The notes: generated by a model not told the origin, from the letters alone. A stretch of 50,952 nucleotides of DNA from Alphaproteobacteria bacterium (GCA_016927395.1 JAFGMU010000010.1:1-50952); one strand, 5' to 3'; counted from the stretch's first letter, positions 1 to 9,430 are shown. Numbers and translations: made by a program.

Positions 1-86
1 AGCCAAAGCAGTCCCAAAAGAAAACGGTCAATTCTTTTATTCATTTGTTTATAATTGTACCATATTTATGATAAACTAGAAAGCAA

Positions 87-749
87 ATGATTGACTTGGA
101 TACCTTTTTTATAGAAATAAAAGAATGTTTGGCACTGGATTGTCCACCAGATAAAGATACTGCAGATCTTGTTCGCATAGCCGAAGCTGTTGTTAATCAA
201 AATATTTCTTTTGTATCGGTTTTGCCAGAATCAACAGAGGTTTTATGGACCTGGTTGGAAAAGACACCAACGAAAATAATGTCACGATTTTATTGGAACC
301 AAATAAATGATGTTTCAAAATTATCAGAACAGGTAAGTCATATATTTAAAAAGGGTGCATCTGGTGCACAAATTTTTGTTCCATATAAAATGTTATCTAA
401 TTTTGTTTCGGAACTGGAACCAATACGTGACGATTTGTTTTTTAATAAAATTTTGTCGGTATGTTTGAATGTTGATGAAATTAATGCGTTGGATTGGGAA
501 GATGTTTTTTATCAGGTAAAGAAAATAAAATCAGATGTTTTGTTTTTGGATTTTCATAATGATATAAAATCAAAAAATGACTTTGTCGGACGCATTTATG
601 GATTCCTGGAAAACTTTGATTATGAATTTGATGGTGATTTGCACTTATCGCTGGGAAATGATTATGAAAAAATAGAACAAATTTGGCGACTGGTGCAAAA
701 AATCAGACCAGAAATTTCCCCCAGAATAAAATTTTTCTTGAATATATAA
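87..749 (+). CDS. hypothetical protein (220 aa)
   Basis: Intact ORF with an extended -10-like TGATAAACT at 69-77 and a hairpin plus T-run after the stop. No family recognised by eye. Confidence 0.5.
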   Translation: MIDLDTFFIEIKECLALDCPPDKDTADLVRIAEAVVNQNISFVSVLPESTEVLWTWLEKTPTKIMSRFYWNQINDVSKLSEQVSHIFKKGASGAQIFVPYKMLSNFVSELEPIRDDLFFNKILSVCLNVDEINALDWEDVFYQVKKIKSDVLFLDFHNDIKSKNDFVGRIYGFLENFDYEFDGDLHLSLGNDYEKIEQIWRLVQKIRPEISPRIKFFLNI

Positions 750-763
750 AAAATGCCGTATGT

Positions 764-790
764 CGCTTATATGTGCATATAGAGCGTTTT
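764..790 (+). terminator. putative intrinsic terminator
   Basis: Imperfect hairpin CGCTTATAT / ATATAgAGCG followed by TTTT, between convergent genes. Confidence 0.4.
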
Positions 791-791
791 A

Positions 792-1442
792 TTAATTCGA
801 TAAAATTATATATTTTGGTGCAACTGTGTTTGCTTTATTTTTTTTCTGATAACGTGTTTTTATTATATCTACATCAGTTGATTTTATTTTTAAACTGGTG
901 TTTTTTAATTGATTTAAAACCCAATCATAATACTCATGATGATCTGTACCAATTATAATACTACCATTATTTTCCAACTTTGAAGATAACATATTCAAAA
1001 AGTCTGAATTCAACAGACGACGTTTTTCATGTCTGGCTTTGGGCCATGGGTCAGGGTGCAAGACATAAATTTGGGAAAGTTTAAATGGTAAAAATTCAGC
1101 AGAATCATTTTTAAGAATTATTCGAACATCATCTGGCCAGATATATATGTTTTTATATTCAGGTTTTATTGCCTTGGTCGATTCGTCCCAAATTGATGAC
1201 AGTAATGATGATACCCCATTCATAAATGGTTCTGCGCCAATTATAATTTTATCTGGATATTGTAATGCCAGTTCGCGAAGATGTTCGCCATTTCCAAAAC
1301 CAATTTCCAAAATAAAATCACCGGCTTTTTTAATATTTTTTGGTAAAATTACCGGTAAAACGTTATCAACCAGCCACTGTTGATGGTTTGATATTTTCTT
1401 GCCATGCCGGCGCCCAAAAGTTCTTATTTCTTGTATTTCCAT
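792..1442 (-). CDS. trmB: tRNA (guanine-N7)-methyltransferase
   Basis: 216 aa. SAM-binding ILEIGFGNGEHL and the HPDPWPKARHEKRRL block characteristic of TrmB. Confidence 0.9.
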   Translation of the reverse strand: MEIQEIRTFGRRHGKKISNHQQWLVDNVLPVILPKNIKKAGDFILEIGFGNGEHLRELALQYPDKIIIGAEPFMNGVSSLLSSIWDESTKAIKPEYKNIYIWPDDVRIILKNDSAEFLPFKLSQIYVLHPDPWPKARHEKRRLLNSDFLNMLSSKLENNGSIIIGTDHHEYYDWVLNQLKNTSLKIKSTDVDIIKTRYQKKNKANTVAPKYIILSN

Positions 1443-1488
1443 AGATTTAGTATAAAATTATTAGGTTTATAAAACAAGGTTAATTAAA

Positions 1489-3078
1489 ATGAGACAAGGA
1501 TTATCAGCGGATTTGATTAAACGGATTTTGGGTGCGTCGCCAAAGTGGACGATTATGCAGTTGGAAGAAAAGTTTCCACCACGCAATTTAGCAGATGGTG
1601 CAATGGTTACCCGATTTGCCCCCAGTCCAACAGGCTTTATGCATATTGGTGGTTTATACCAAATGTTGATAAACTATAAACTGGCAAATCAATCAAACGG
1701 TGTTTTTATGCTGCGTATCGAAGATACAGATACCAAACGTGAAGTCACGGGTGCGGTTGAATTAATTTTGGATACAGCCGTTAAATTTGGTCTGATGCCA
1801 AATGAGGGTGTTTCAGAAACCGGTAATTATGGGCCGTATTTGCAATCACAACGAAAAGATATTTATCATTCTGTCGTTGCAGAATTATTGGCGGGTGGGG
1901 CGGCATACCCTTGCTTTTTAACATCAGATGAGATGGAAGAAATTCGTGAAAATCAAAAATTGGCTGGTCTGCCGACCGGAATTTACGGCGAATGGGCGCG
2001 CAATAGAAATTTGGGCGAAGAAGAAATAATTAAACATTTAAACAATGGTGAAATTCCAAGCATTCGTCTTTATTCAACTGGCAATCCTGATCAAAAAATA
2101 TTCTGTAAAGATGGTGCGCGTGGTAGTATTGCTTTTCCTGAAAACAACGAAGATATTGTTTTAATAAAATCAAATGATGGATTGCCAACATATCATTTTG
2201 CACATCTGGTTGATGATCATTTTATGCGAACAACAAATGTAATACGTGGCGAAGAATGGTTGCCAAGTTTACCGCTGCATTTTCAATTATTCCGTATGAT
2301 GGGATGGGCGCCACCTGTTTATGTTCATACATCAACATTGGACAAGATTGATGCAGAAACCGGCAAGCAAAGAAAACTATCCAAGCGTCACGACCCCGAG
2401 GCATCAGTTGCAAATTTCTTAGAATATGGTTGGCCAACAGATGCAGTTTTGGAATATTTGCTGAATATTGCATCCAGTGGGTACGAAGAAGAAAAAACAA
2501 AAAATCCAAATACCAATCTTTGGAATTATCCAATAAAAATTAAAAAGATTCCAATGTCAGGTGCATTGTTTGATATGAAGAAACTTGAATGGTGGTCACG
2601 CGAATTTATTGGTGCAATGTCCATTGATGATTTGACAGGGAAGATTATTGGATGGGCGAAAGAATACAGCCCAGAATGGAAAAAAATAATACATAGTCAT
2701 GAAGATTATTTGAAATCAATTTTATCAATTGAACGTGATAATCCAAAGCGTATAAGAAAAGATTTTGTTACATGGAAACAAACTTTGGAAGAAGTTTTAT
2801 ATTTCTTTGATGAATTGTTTATATCAAATACAGATTTTGATTTTAATAAATCTGCACTAATTGCATTTATTTCCGGTTTTGACATATCAGATGGTAAAGA
2901 TATTTGGTGGAATAAAATTGTTGAAATTGCAAACGGGCTGGGGCTAAAAAATGGTGATGTTGCCATGAACCTGCGCGTTGCGGTGACTGGTCGTACCAAT
3001 ACACCAGATCTGTATTCTATCATGCAGGTAATGGGACATGACAGAGTGGTAAATAGATTGCAGAAAGCTATTGGTTAA
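1489..3078 (+). CDS. gltX: glutamate--tRNA ligase
   Basis: 529 aa. Class I motifs FMHIGG (HIGH) and KLSKR (KMSKS), plus the RIEDTDTKRE block. About 40 aa of N-terminal extension (EEKFPPRNLADGAMVTRFAPSPTG). Confidence 0.9.
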   Translation: MRQGLSADLIKRILGASPKWTIMQLEEKFPPRNLADGAMVTRFAPSPTGFMHIGGLYQMLINYKLANQSNGVFMLRIEDTDTKREVTGAVELILDTAVKFGLMPNEGVSETGNYGPYLQSQRKDIYHSVVAELLAGGAAYPCFLTSDEMEEIRENQKLAGLPTGIYGEWARNRNLGEEEIIKHLNNGEIPSIRLYSTGNPDQKIFCKDGARGSIAFPENNEDIVLIKSNDGLPTYHFAHLVDDHFMRTTNVIRGEEWLPSLPLHFQLFRMMGWAPPVYVHTSTLDKIDAETGKQRKLSKRHDPEASVANFLEYGWPTDAVLEYLLNIASSGYEEEKTKNPNTNLWNYPIKIKKIPMSGALFDMKKLEWWSREFIGAMSIDDLTGKIIGWAKEYSPEWKKIIHSHEDYLKSILSIERDNPKRIRKDFVTWKQTLEEVLYFFDELFISNTDFDFNKSALIAFISGFDISDGKDIWWNKIVEIANGLGLKNGDVAMNLRVAVTGRTNTPDLYSIMQVMGHDRVVNRLQKAIG

Positions 3079-3116
3079 AATATTAATTTATATATTAATA
3101 AATTATAGAGGAAAAA

Positions 3117-3869
3117 ATGGTAAAAAATAAAAAAGTAATCAGGGCCAAATTAAAGGCAGTAAAAAAAGATAAACGTGCATGGACATTGTTGCGCGTTTTA
3201 CAAGCAACCGGATTGTTTCGTTGGGAACGTCCCGCCACAAAGTCAGAAGAAACATTAAATATTCTGACACATGGTATTGGAATCGGATTGGCAATCGCAG
3301 GATTGACATTGTTGGTTGTATTTGCAGCGTTAAAGGGTGACCCATGGGCAATTGCATCATGTGCGATATTTGGTCTGACTATGTTCACATTATATTTTGG
3401 CAGCACAATGTGCCATGCGATGATTGGAAAAAAATCCGAAAGCTTTTTCGAAGTTTGGGACAGTGTTGCAATTTACGCACTGATTGCTGGAACATATACA
3501 CCTTTCTTGTTAGTTAATTTGCGTGGGGCAATTGGTTGGACAGTGTTTGGAATTTTATGGGCCATTGTTATTTTTGGTGCAATAATGAAAATACGCAGTC
3601 CAAAACGTCAACCAAAATGGATGGTCGCATTGTATTTGGTTATGGGCTGGACAGTGTTATTTATTTTACCAGCATTGTTCCGCAGCGTCCCATCAACAGG
3701 TTTATGGTTTATGTTAGCCGGTGGATTGTCATATTCAGTCGGTGTAATTTTCTATCTGTGGAGAAAGATGAAATTCAGTCATGCAATTTGGCATCTTTTT
3801 GTGATTGGTGGCAGTGTATGCTTTTTCTTTGCGGTACTGTTTGGCAGTATAATAGATTTTGCAGTTTAA
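3117..3869 (+). CDS. hemolysin III / PAQR family membrane protein
   Basis: 250 aa with seven hydrophobic segments. LTHGIG and HAIWHLFVIGG motifs typical of the family. Confidence 0.85.
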   Translation: MVKNKKVIRAKLKAVKKDKRAWTLLRVLQATGLFRWERPATKSEETLNILTHGIGIGLAIAGLTLLVVFAALKGDPWAIASCAIFGLTMFTLYFGSTMCHAMIGKKSESFFEVWDSVAIYALIAGTYTPFLLVNLRGAIGWTVFGILWAIVIFGAIMKIRSPKRQPKWMVALYLVMGWTVLFILPALFRSVPSTGLWFMLAGGLSYSVGVIFYLWRKMKFSHAIWHLFVIGGSVCFFFAVLFGSIIDFAV

Positions 3870-3897
3870 AAAAATGCCACTTTATGTGGCATTTTTA
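3868..3897 (+). terminator. intrinsic terminator
   Basis: Perfect stem AAATGCCAC / GTGGCATTT, loop TTTAT, T-run. Confidence 0.8.
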
Positions 3898-4071
3898 TAA
3901 TAAGTTGATTTTTTGTTAGTTTATAAGTATAATCCAAACATAATGATTAAGTTATTTGTAATCTTTACAACAACTACAACCCCTTTGGGGTTATAATTCT
4001 ATTGCGATTTTTCGCGCTTTACAATAAATCATAAATTTGAAATCATAGCTTAGAAATAAAAGGTTATTATT

Positions 4072-5805
4072 ATGTCTTATCCAATTGAAATAATTCGTCA
4101 CAGTCTGGCGCATGTTATGGCGGCAGCAATAAAGAAACTGTATGGGGATGTTAAATTTGCGGGTGGTCCAGCCATTGAAAATGGTTTTTATTACGACTTT
4201 GACACAGAACACAAATTTACCCCCGAAGATTTTGCAAAAATAGAAAAAGAAATGCGGGATTTGATAAAATCAAACGGTCGTTTTGAACAGAAAAATGTAT
4301 CATTAGACGAAGCAAAAAAAATATTTGCAGATCAGCCATACAAGATGGAATGGCTGAATGAATATGATGCTGCGGGCGAAGCACTGTCAATTTATAATTT
4401 TCGTGATTTTACTGATTTATGTCGTGGTCCACATGTTGAAAGTTCCAAGGATTTACCACGAGATAGCTTCAAAATTCGTACTGTTGCAGGCGCATACTGG
4501 AAGGGTGATTCCAGGAATAAAATGCTACAACGGGTGTATGTTGACGCATTTGCAACTGCAAAAGAGCTGGAAGAGTTCGAAAAAATGCAGGAAGAGGCCG
4601 CATCACGCGATAATAGAAAACTGGGTCGGGATATGGATTTGTTCCATTTTGAACCAGAATATGCACCTGGGGCTGTGTTCTGGCATGATAAAGGATATAA
4701 AATTTATCGTCGCTTGATTGATTATGTTCGTATGCGTCAAGAACGTGCAGGATATTTGGAAATATCAACACCATCAGTTATGGATAAAAGTTTGTGGGAA
4801 ACATCAGGTCACTGGGCAAAGTATGGTGAACATAATTATTCTGGTAAGACCCAGGATGGAAAGGTATTTTGCGTAAAGCCTATGTCTTGTCCGGGTGGTA
4901 TGTTGGTGTTCGGGCAGGGTATAAAATCATACAAAGATTTACCACTGTATTTGGCCGAGTTTGGTAAAGTTAACAGATACGAAGCAGCTGGTGGGTTATC
5001 CGGACTGATGCGTGTTCGTGAATTTACCCAAGACGATGCACATATTTTCTGCACAGAGGATCAATTGGAAGCTGAGGTTGTAAAAGTATTGCGTTTCATC
5101 AAAGATATTTATTCAAAATTTGGTTTTGATAAAATTTCAATGAAATTGGCAACCAGAAAGGAATCTGAATTTCGTATTGGTTCGGACGAAATTTGGGACA
5201 AGGCCGAAGGTGCACTTAAATCTGCTCTGGAAAAAAATGGAATTGAATTTGAAATTGCCGAAGGGGATGCTGCGTTTTATGGTCCAAAGATTGATAATTA
5301 TCTGAAAGATTCTATGGGACGTGTATGGCAGTGTGGAACAGTTCAATTGGATATGAATTTACCAGAACGTTTTGATTTATCATACATTGGCGAAGATGGT
5401 GAAAAACATCGTCCAATTATGTTACATCGTGCAATGTTGGGAAGTATTGAACGTTTTATGGGAATATTGCTGGAATCAACTGGTGGAAATTTGCCATTGT
5501 GGTTGTCTCCGGAACCGGTTGTGGTTACACCAATTTCTGAAAAGTTCAAAGAATATGCAAAAGAAGTAATTGAACAATTGCGCGATGCTGGTGTTTATGT
5601 TGGATCTGATTTACGCGATGAAAAAGTTAATTATAAAATTCGCGAATTGTCGCTGTCAAAAACACCAATAATTGCGGTTGTTGGCGAAAAAGAAATGGCG
5701 GATAAAACCGTTACATTGCGTCATTTGGGCAGCGAAAAACAAGAAACAATTAAACTGGATTTGTTTATAGACCAAATGAAACAAGCAATAAAAATGCCAG
5801 AATAA
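4072..5805 (+). CDS. thrS: threonine--tRNA ligase (lacks N-terminal TGS domain)
   Basis: 577 aa. Starts directly at the editing-domain motif RHSLAHVMAAA. Has CRGPHV, the class II core RVREFTQDDAHIF and a C-terminal anticodon-binding domain. Confidence 0.92.
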   Translation: MSYPIEIIRHSLAHVMAAAIKKLYGDVKFAGGPAIENGFYYDFDTEHKFTPEDFAKIEKEMRDLIKSNGRFEQKNVSLDEAKKIFADQPYKMEWLNEYDAAGEALSIYNFRDFTDLCRGPHVESSKDLPRDSFKIRTVAGAYWKGDSRNKMLQRVYVDAFATAKELEEFEKMQEEAASRDNRKLGRDMDLFHFEPEYAPGAVFWHDKGYKIYRRLIDYVRMRQERAGYLEISTPSVMDKSLWETSGHWAKYGEHNYSGKTQDGKVFCVKPMSCPGGMLVFGQGIKSYKDLPLYLAEFGKVNRYEAAGGLSGLMRVREFTQDDAHIFCTEDQLEAEVVKVLRFIKDIYSKFGFDKISMKLATRKESEFRIGSDEIWDKAEGALKSALEKNGIEFEIAEGDAAFYGPKIDNYLKDSMGRVWQCGTVQLDMNLPERFDLSYIGEDGEKHRPIMLHRAMLGSIERFMGILLESTGGNLPLWLSPEPVVVTPISEKFKEYAKEVIEQLRDAGVYVGSDLRDEKVNYKIRELSLSKTPIIAVVGEKEMADKTVTLRHLGSEKQETIKLDLFIDQMKQAIKMPE

Positions 5806-5819
5806 AAAAGGAATATAAA

Positions 5820-5957
5820 ATGAAAAAAATGAATGTTATATTGGCGGTTTGTGCTTTGTTGACTGTTGCTGCATGTTGCAGTTGCGAAACTGAACCAATG
5901 GTTGAAAAAAATCATAAATTGATTGTTCCACCAAATTTTGGAAATCAGCCAAAATAA
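5820..5957 (+). CDS. small putative lipoprotein (45 aa), below ORF-track cutoff
   Basis: ATG at 5820 preceded by AAGGA. MKKMNVILAVCALLTVAA-C signal/lipobox. Lies between the thrS stop and the terminator at 5961-5995. Confidence 0.5.
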   Translation: MKKMNVILAVCALLTVAACCSCETEPMVEKNHKLIVPPNFGNQPK

Positions 5958-5960
5958 TAT

Positions 5961-5995
5961 AAAAAGCATATCTTTTAGATATGCTTTTTATTTTG
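5961..5995 (+). terminator. intrinsic terminator
   Basis: Stem AAGCATATC / GATATGCTT, loop TTTTA, T-run. Confidence 0.8.
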
Positions 5996-6024
5996 GATAA
6001 ATCCTTTATTATGTGTTTTTTTTG

Positions 6025-6033
6025 TGTTATAAT
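6025..6033 (+). promoter_or_regulatory. extended -10 element TGTTATAAT
   Basis: TGnTATAAT match 27 bp upstream of the SPOR-protein start. Confidence 0.4.
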
Positions 6034-6059
6034 TAAGTGTACATAAATAGGGGAATGTT

Positions 6060-6806
6060 ATGAATAACGAAATGGATGAAAATTTGGATTTGTTGGATTT
6101 GGAAGATGATGCGGATTTGTCTGCTTTGCCTGAAACCAGTCCATTTTCAAACCCAAGGCCAAAAAAACCATGGCTTTTGATGGGTGTGGGATTGTTGGTA
6201 ATAATTCTCGCTACATACATAATAATTCGCACAGTCGGATCTGATTCTGATTCATCTGTGGAAGTTAATCTGGATACACCAGAAGTTACAACCAGTGAAT
6301 CTGCAACAGTTGTTCCACAAGATAAATTGGTTGTTTCACCAGTTCCAGCAGCTGCGCCAGCACCAGTACCAGTTCAGGTCCAGGCACCACAGCCAGCAGT
6401 TGAACCAGTTCGTCCAGCACCGGGTGTTCCTGTTCGTGAAGTAACAGATCGTAAACCTGTAACATTTAACCCAAATGCTGGAAGCACTGTTAAAAAGCCA
6501 GCACCATTGCCGGTTGCAAAAACACAACCAAAAACAGTAAAACAACCTGTTGCAGTTCCATCGGGCAGCTGGTATGTTCAATTTGGTTCTTACAGCACAC
6601 GTGCATTAGCAGAAAGTGCACAAAAGAAAATTTCAGCAAAACATGGTAGTTTGTTTTCTGATAAACAGTTTGTTATTTTGGCCGCTGTTTTACCAAATGG
6701 CACAACAACATATAGACTGCGTGTAGCGTTTGCTAATTCAGTTGACGCTAATGGATTCTGCCGTAATGCAAAATCTGATGGTTTGGATTGTTACGTTGCA
6801 AGATAA
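6060..6806 (+). CDS. SPOR domain-containing membrane protein
   Basis: 248 aa. Acidic N-terminus, one TM segment, Pro/Ala/Val-rich linker, and a C-terminal SPOR-like block SGSWYVQFGSYSTRALAE...YRLRVAF. Confidence 0.8.
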   Translation: MNNEMDENLDLLDLEDDADLSALPETSPFSNPRPKKPWLLMGVGLLVIILATYIIIRTVGSDSDSSVEVNLDTPEVTTSESATVVPQDKLVVSPVPAAAPAPVPVQVQAPQPAVEPVRPAPGVPVREVTDRKPVTFNPNAGSTVKKPAPLPVAKTQPKTVKQPVAVPSGSWYVQFGSYSTRALAESAQKKISAKHGSLFSDKQFVILAAVLPNGTTTYRLRVAFANSVDANGFCRNAKSDGLDCYVAR

Positions 6807-6830
6807 CAGATATTTTAAGGAGCAAATAAA

Positions 6831-7055
6831 ATGAGAGCAGGTTTTTGGGAAATACTTTTAATAGTAATATTGGTTTTGATTTTGTTCGGTCATGCCAAAA
6901 TACCAGATTTGATGAAAAATTTGGCAAACGGCATAAACGTATTCAAAAAAGAATTGAAAGGTTCTGATCAGAAAACAAAATCTGAAAAAAAGCCAGTCGA
7001 AAAAAAGAAAACAGTTTCAAATAAAAAAACTGTTAAAAAGACAGCTAAAAAATAA
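6831..7055 (+). CDS. tatA: twin-arginine translocase subunit TatA/E
   Basis: 74 aa. GFWEILLIVILVLILFGHAKIPDLMKNLANGINVFKKE N-terminus and a Lys-rich tail. Confidence 0.85.
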   Translation: MRAGFWEILLIVILVLILFGHAKIPDLMKNLANGINVFKKELKGSDQKTKSEKKPVEKKKTVSNKKTVKKTAKK

Positions 7056-7073
7056 TATAAAACCAAAAAATTT

Positions 7074-7096
7074 AAAAGCCGGTATATTCGGCTTTT
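7074..7096 (+). terminator. intrinsic terminator
   Basis: AAAAGCCGG-TATATT-CGGCTTTT hairpin after tatA. Confidence 0.7.
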
Positions 7097-7107
7097 GATT
7101 TATATAA

Positions 7108-7140
7108 ATAAAAACGGCTATTAAATATAGCCGTTTTTGT
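7108..7140. terminator. bidirectional intrinsic terminator
   Basis: AAAACGGCTAT / ATAGCCGTTTT stem flanked by A- and T-runs. Serves dksA on the minus strand. Confidence 0.75.
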
Positions 7141-7152
7141 TATTATATTTTT

Positions 7153-7584
7153 TTATGGATTACGACGTTCGGATTCATCTTTTTCTTCTATGGTCAGTGT
7201 AGCAAAAGGACTGGCCAGCATTCTGCTGATACCAATTTCTTCCCCAGAAATTATACTGTAACCGTATGTTCCGTTTTCCAATCTTTCCAATGCAATATCA
7301 ATCTTTTTTAACAGGTTATTATTGCGTTGGGACAATTTTAAATTCATAGCAATTTCTTGTTCAAAAGTAGAGTTGTCAGATTCGTCACCAACCCCAGCTA
7401 TTTCATTTTTTTCAGCCAATCTTACTGCGTTCAAAACAGAATCGGATCCTTGTTCTAATTCTTCTTTTTGCGCCATCAAAAGCTGGTAAAAATACGCCTT
7501 TTGTTCAGGGCACATATACTGTTCCGATTTCTTCGGAACATATTTTGGATCCAGTACAATATTTTTGTAGTTCTTTCCTACCAT
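7153..7584 (-). CDS. dksA: RNA polymerase-binding transcription factor DksA (zinc-finger cysteines absent)
   Basis: 143 aa. Coiled coil with acidic tip DESDNS. The C-terminal YGYSIISGEEIGISR...TLTIEEK aligns to the DksA CxxC...CxxC region, but all four Cys are replaced. Confidence 0.85.
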   Translation of the reverse strand: MVGKNYKNIVLDPKYVPKKSEQYMCPEQKAYFYQLLMAQKEELEQGSDSVLNAVRLAEKNEIAGVGDESDNSTFEQEIAMNLKLSQRNNNLLKKIDIALERLENGTYGYSIISGEEIGISRMLASPFATLTIEEKDESERRNP

Positions 7585-7585
7585 T

Positions 7586-7906
7586 TTAAGATCCTTTTAA
7601 TTCTTGAACCCATTCTTTGATAGTATGAACATCCATAACACCTGTGCGTGCTGCAACTAATTCACCGTTTTTAAATGCCAAAACGCTTGGAATGCTGCGG
7701 ATACCATACTTAGATGGTGTCATGCGATTTTTTTCATCTATTTCGAATTTTAAGAAATTAACATCATTAATTTGTTCAGATGCCGATTCGAACATAGGGC
7801 CAAACATTTGACATGGACCACACCATGAAGCCCAGAAATCAACCAGGCTTATACCGTTTTCAACATTACTAGAAAAACTTGCGTCATCTATATGCTTTAT
7901 TGCCAT
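7586..7906 (-). CDS. trxA: thioredoxin
   Basis: 106 aa from ATG 7906, with AAGGAG upstream. WCGPC active site. The longer ORF-track start (7993) adds a non-thioredoxin extension and overlaps sufS. Confidence 0.92.
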   Translation of the reverse strand: MAIKHIDDASFSSNVENGISLVDFWASWCGPCQMFGPMFESASEQINDVNFLKFEIDEKNRMTPSKYGIRSIPSVLAFKNGELVAARTGVMDVHTIKEWVQELKGS

Positions 7907-7979
7907 ACTTTTCTCCTTCTTATTGATATTATATAAAAGTGTATTATAATCATATTGAAAATCAAGAGAAAACAATAAA

Positions 7980-9113
7980 ATGAATAAAATCATATACTTA
8001 GACGCAGCCGCCAGCAGCTTAAAACCTGAATCTGTTATAAAAGTTCAACAAGACTTTTTACAGAACCATTATGCCAATGCCGGAAGGGGTATTTGTGCAC
8101 GAAGTATTTATGTTGATAAAACAATTGCCCAGTCCCGAAAAAAGGTTGCAGAATTTATAAAAACAAACCCAGAAAATATAGTTTTTACCAGTGGTACAAC
8201 AGATGGTATAAATAGAATCGTTAATATAATACGTGGATCTGATGGATTCGTCGGCAGACCAAAAGTTATGGTATCAGATTTAGATCATCATTCTGCCCGC
8301 ATGCCTTGGGAAGAGGCTGTAAATCGTGGGGAAATCCGTTTTTCATTGTGTCCGTTAGATTCCGAATTTAATATTGATTATTCAAAAATTGAAAAAACAG
8401 ATATTTTGGTAATCACTGCTATGTCCAATGTGTTGGGTGCACCACAAGATGTAAAAAAAATAATTGAACACGCACGTAAACTAAATAAAAATGTTATAAC
8501 AATCGCTGATGCTGCGCAGTATGTTGCAAATTTACCAATAGATGTGTCTGATTGGGATGCAGATTTTATTTGTTTTTCTGGGCATAAAATAGGAGCAGAC
8601 ACCGGTGTTGGAATAATGTATATAAAAGAACCAGCCCGTTGGTATCCTGATAAATTTGGTGGTGGCATGGTTGCAAAAATTTCTGGTAGTTTGGATAACA
8701 ATGACAGTAAGTGGACATTGGAAAGTGCACCAATGGTGTTTGAAGCTGGCACATTGCCAATCACACAAATAGTTGGTTTACCATTTGCAATTGATGAATT
8801 ACAAAAACACAACGATAAACAAAAACTGATAAAATATTTGCATACCGAACTTTCAAAAATAGAAAGAATAAAGATTTTAACAAAACCTGATTCGCATATT
8901 TTAACTTTTGTTGTAAATGATATGCATTGTATGGATTTTGGGACTTTGATGGGCGCAAATGGTGTTTGTTTACGTGTGGGTTCAATGTGTGCATCTTGGA
9001 TTCATAAAATATTGGGGTATAATGGAACGATTCGAATTTCTGTAGGCCAAAGGAATACAATGGAAGAAATGAAAGAAGTTGTTAAAATAATAAAAAAAAT
9101 ATTGGAAAAATAA
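7980..9113 (+). CDS. sufS: cysteine desulfurase (class V aminotransferase, SufS/Csd-like)
   Basis: 377 aa. PLP-lysine motif FSGHKIG and C-terminal catalytic Cys loop RVGSMCASW. Followed by sufT- and sufE-like genes. Confidence 0.85.
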   Translation: MNKIIYLDAAASSLKPESVIKVQQDFLQNHYANAGRGICARSIYVDKTIAQSRKKVAEFIKTNPENIVFTSGTTDGINRIVNIIRGSDGFVGRPKVMVSDLDHHSARMPWEEAVNRGEIRFSLCPLDSEFNIDYSKIEKTDILVITAMSNVLGAPQDVKKIIEHARKLNKNVITIADAAQYVANLPIDVSDWDADFICFSGHKIGADTGVGIMYIKEPARWYPDKFGGGMVAKISGSLDNNDSKWTLESAPMVFEAGTLPITQIVGLPFAIDELQKHNDKQKLIKYLHTELSKIERIKILTKPDSHILTFVVNDMHCMDFGTLMGANGVCLRVGSMCASWIHKILGYNGTIRISVGQRNTMEEMKEVVKIIKKILEK

Positions 9114-9430
9114 TGGCTTTTTCGCGTGAAGATATTATTGAATCATTAAAGTCCATATATGACCCAGAAATACCAGTAAATATCTGGGATTTGGGCCTGA
9201 TTTACGATATTGAAATATTAGAAAATGGTCATGTAAAAATAAAAATGACATTTACCAGTCCAACGTGTCCAATGATGGAAGAATTGTTGGATATGGTAAA
9301 AAATGCAGTTGAATCTTTTGCGGGTAATGGTAATGTTTTAATAGAGTTAGTTTGGGATCCACCATGGGACGTTTCAAAAATGTCAGAATTAGCAAGATTG
9401 GAATTGGATTTGACTGAACAAGGATGGTAG
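9113..9430 (+). CDS. sufT: SUF Fe-S assembly protein, DUF59/SufT-like
   Basis: 105 aa. DPEIPVNIWDLGLIYDI and TSPTCPM blocks. The ATG overlaps the sufS stop. Confidence 0.8.
   Translation: MAFSREDIIESLKSIYDPEIPVNIWDLGLIYDIEILENGHVKIKMTFTSPTCPMMEELLDMVKNAVESFAGNGNVLIELVWDPPWDVSKMSELARLELDLTEQGW

Noticed and set aside
683-958. 91-aa plus-strand ORF spanning the end of the first gene and the 3' end of trmB.
   Set aside because: It overlaps the motif-bearing trmB frame on the opposite strand and crosses the terminator hairpin. Its sequence is low-complexity and hydrophobic, typical of AT-rich noise.
3970-3980. 11-mer ACAACTACAAC shared by the thrS upstream region (3970-3980) and the nlpD-like upstream region (15292-15302).
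   Set aside because: Its position relative to the -10 elements differs (about 11 vs 25 bp) and nothing is conserved around it. With only two copies in 51 kb of AT-rich DNA, this could be chance.
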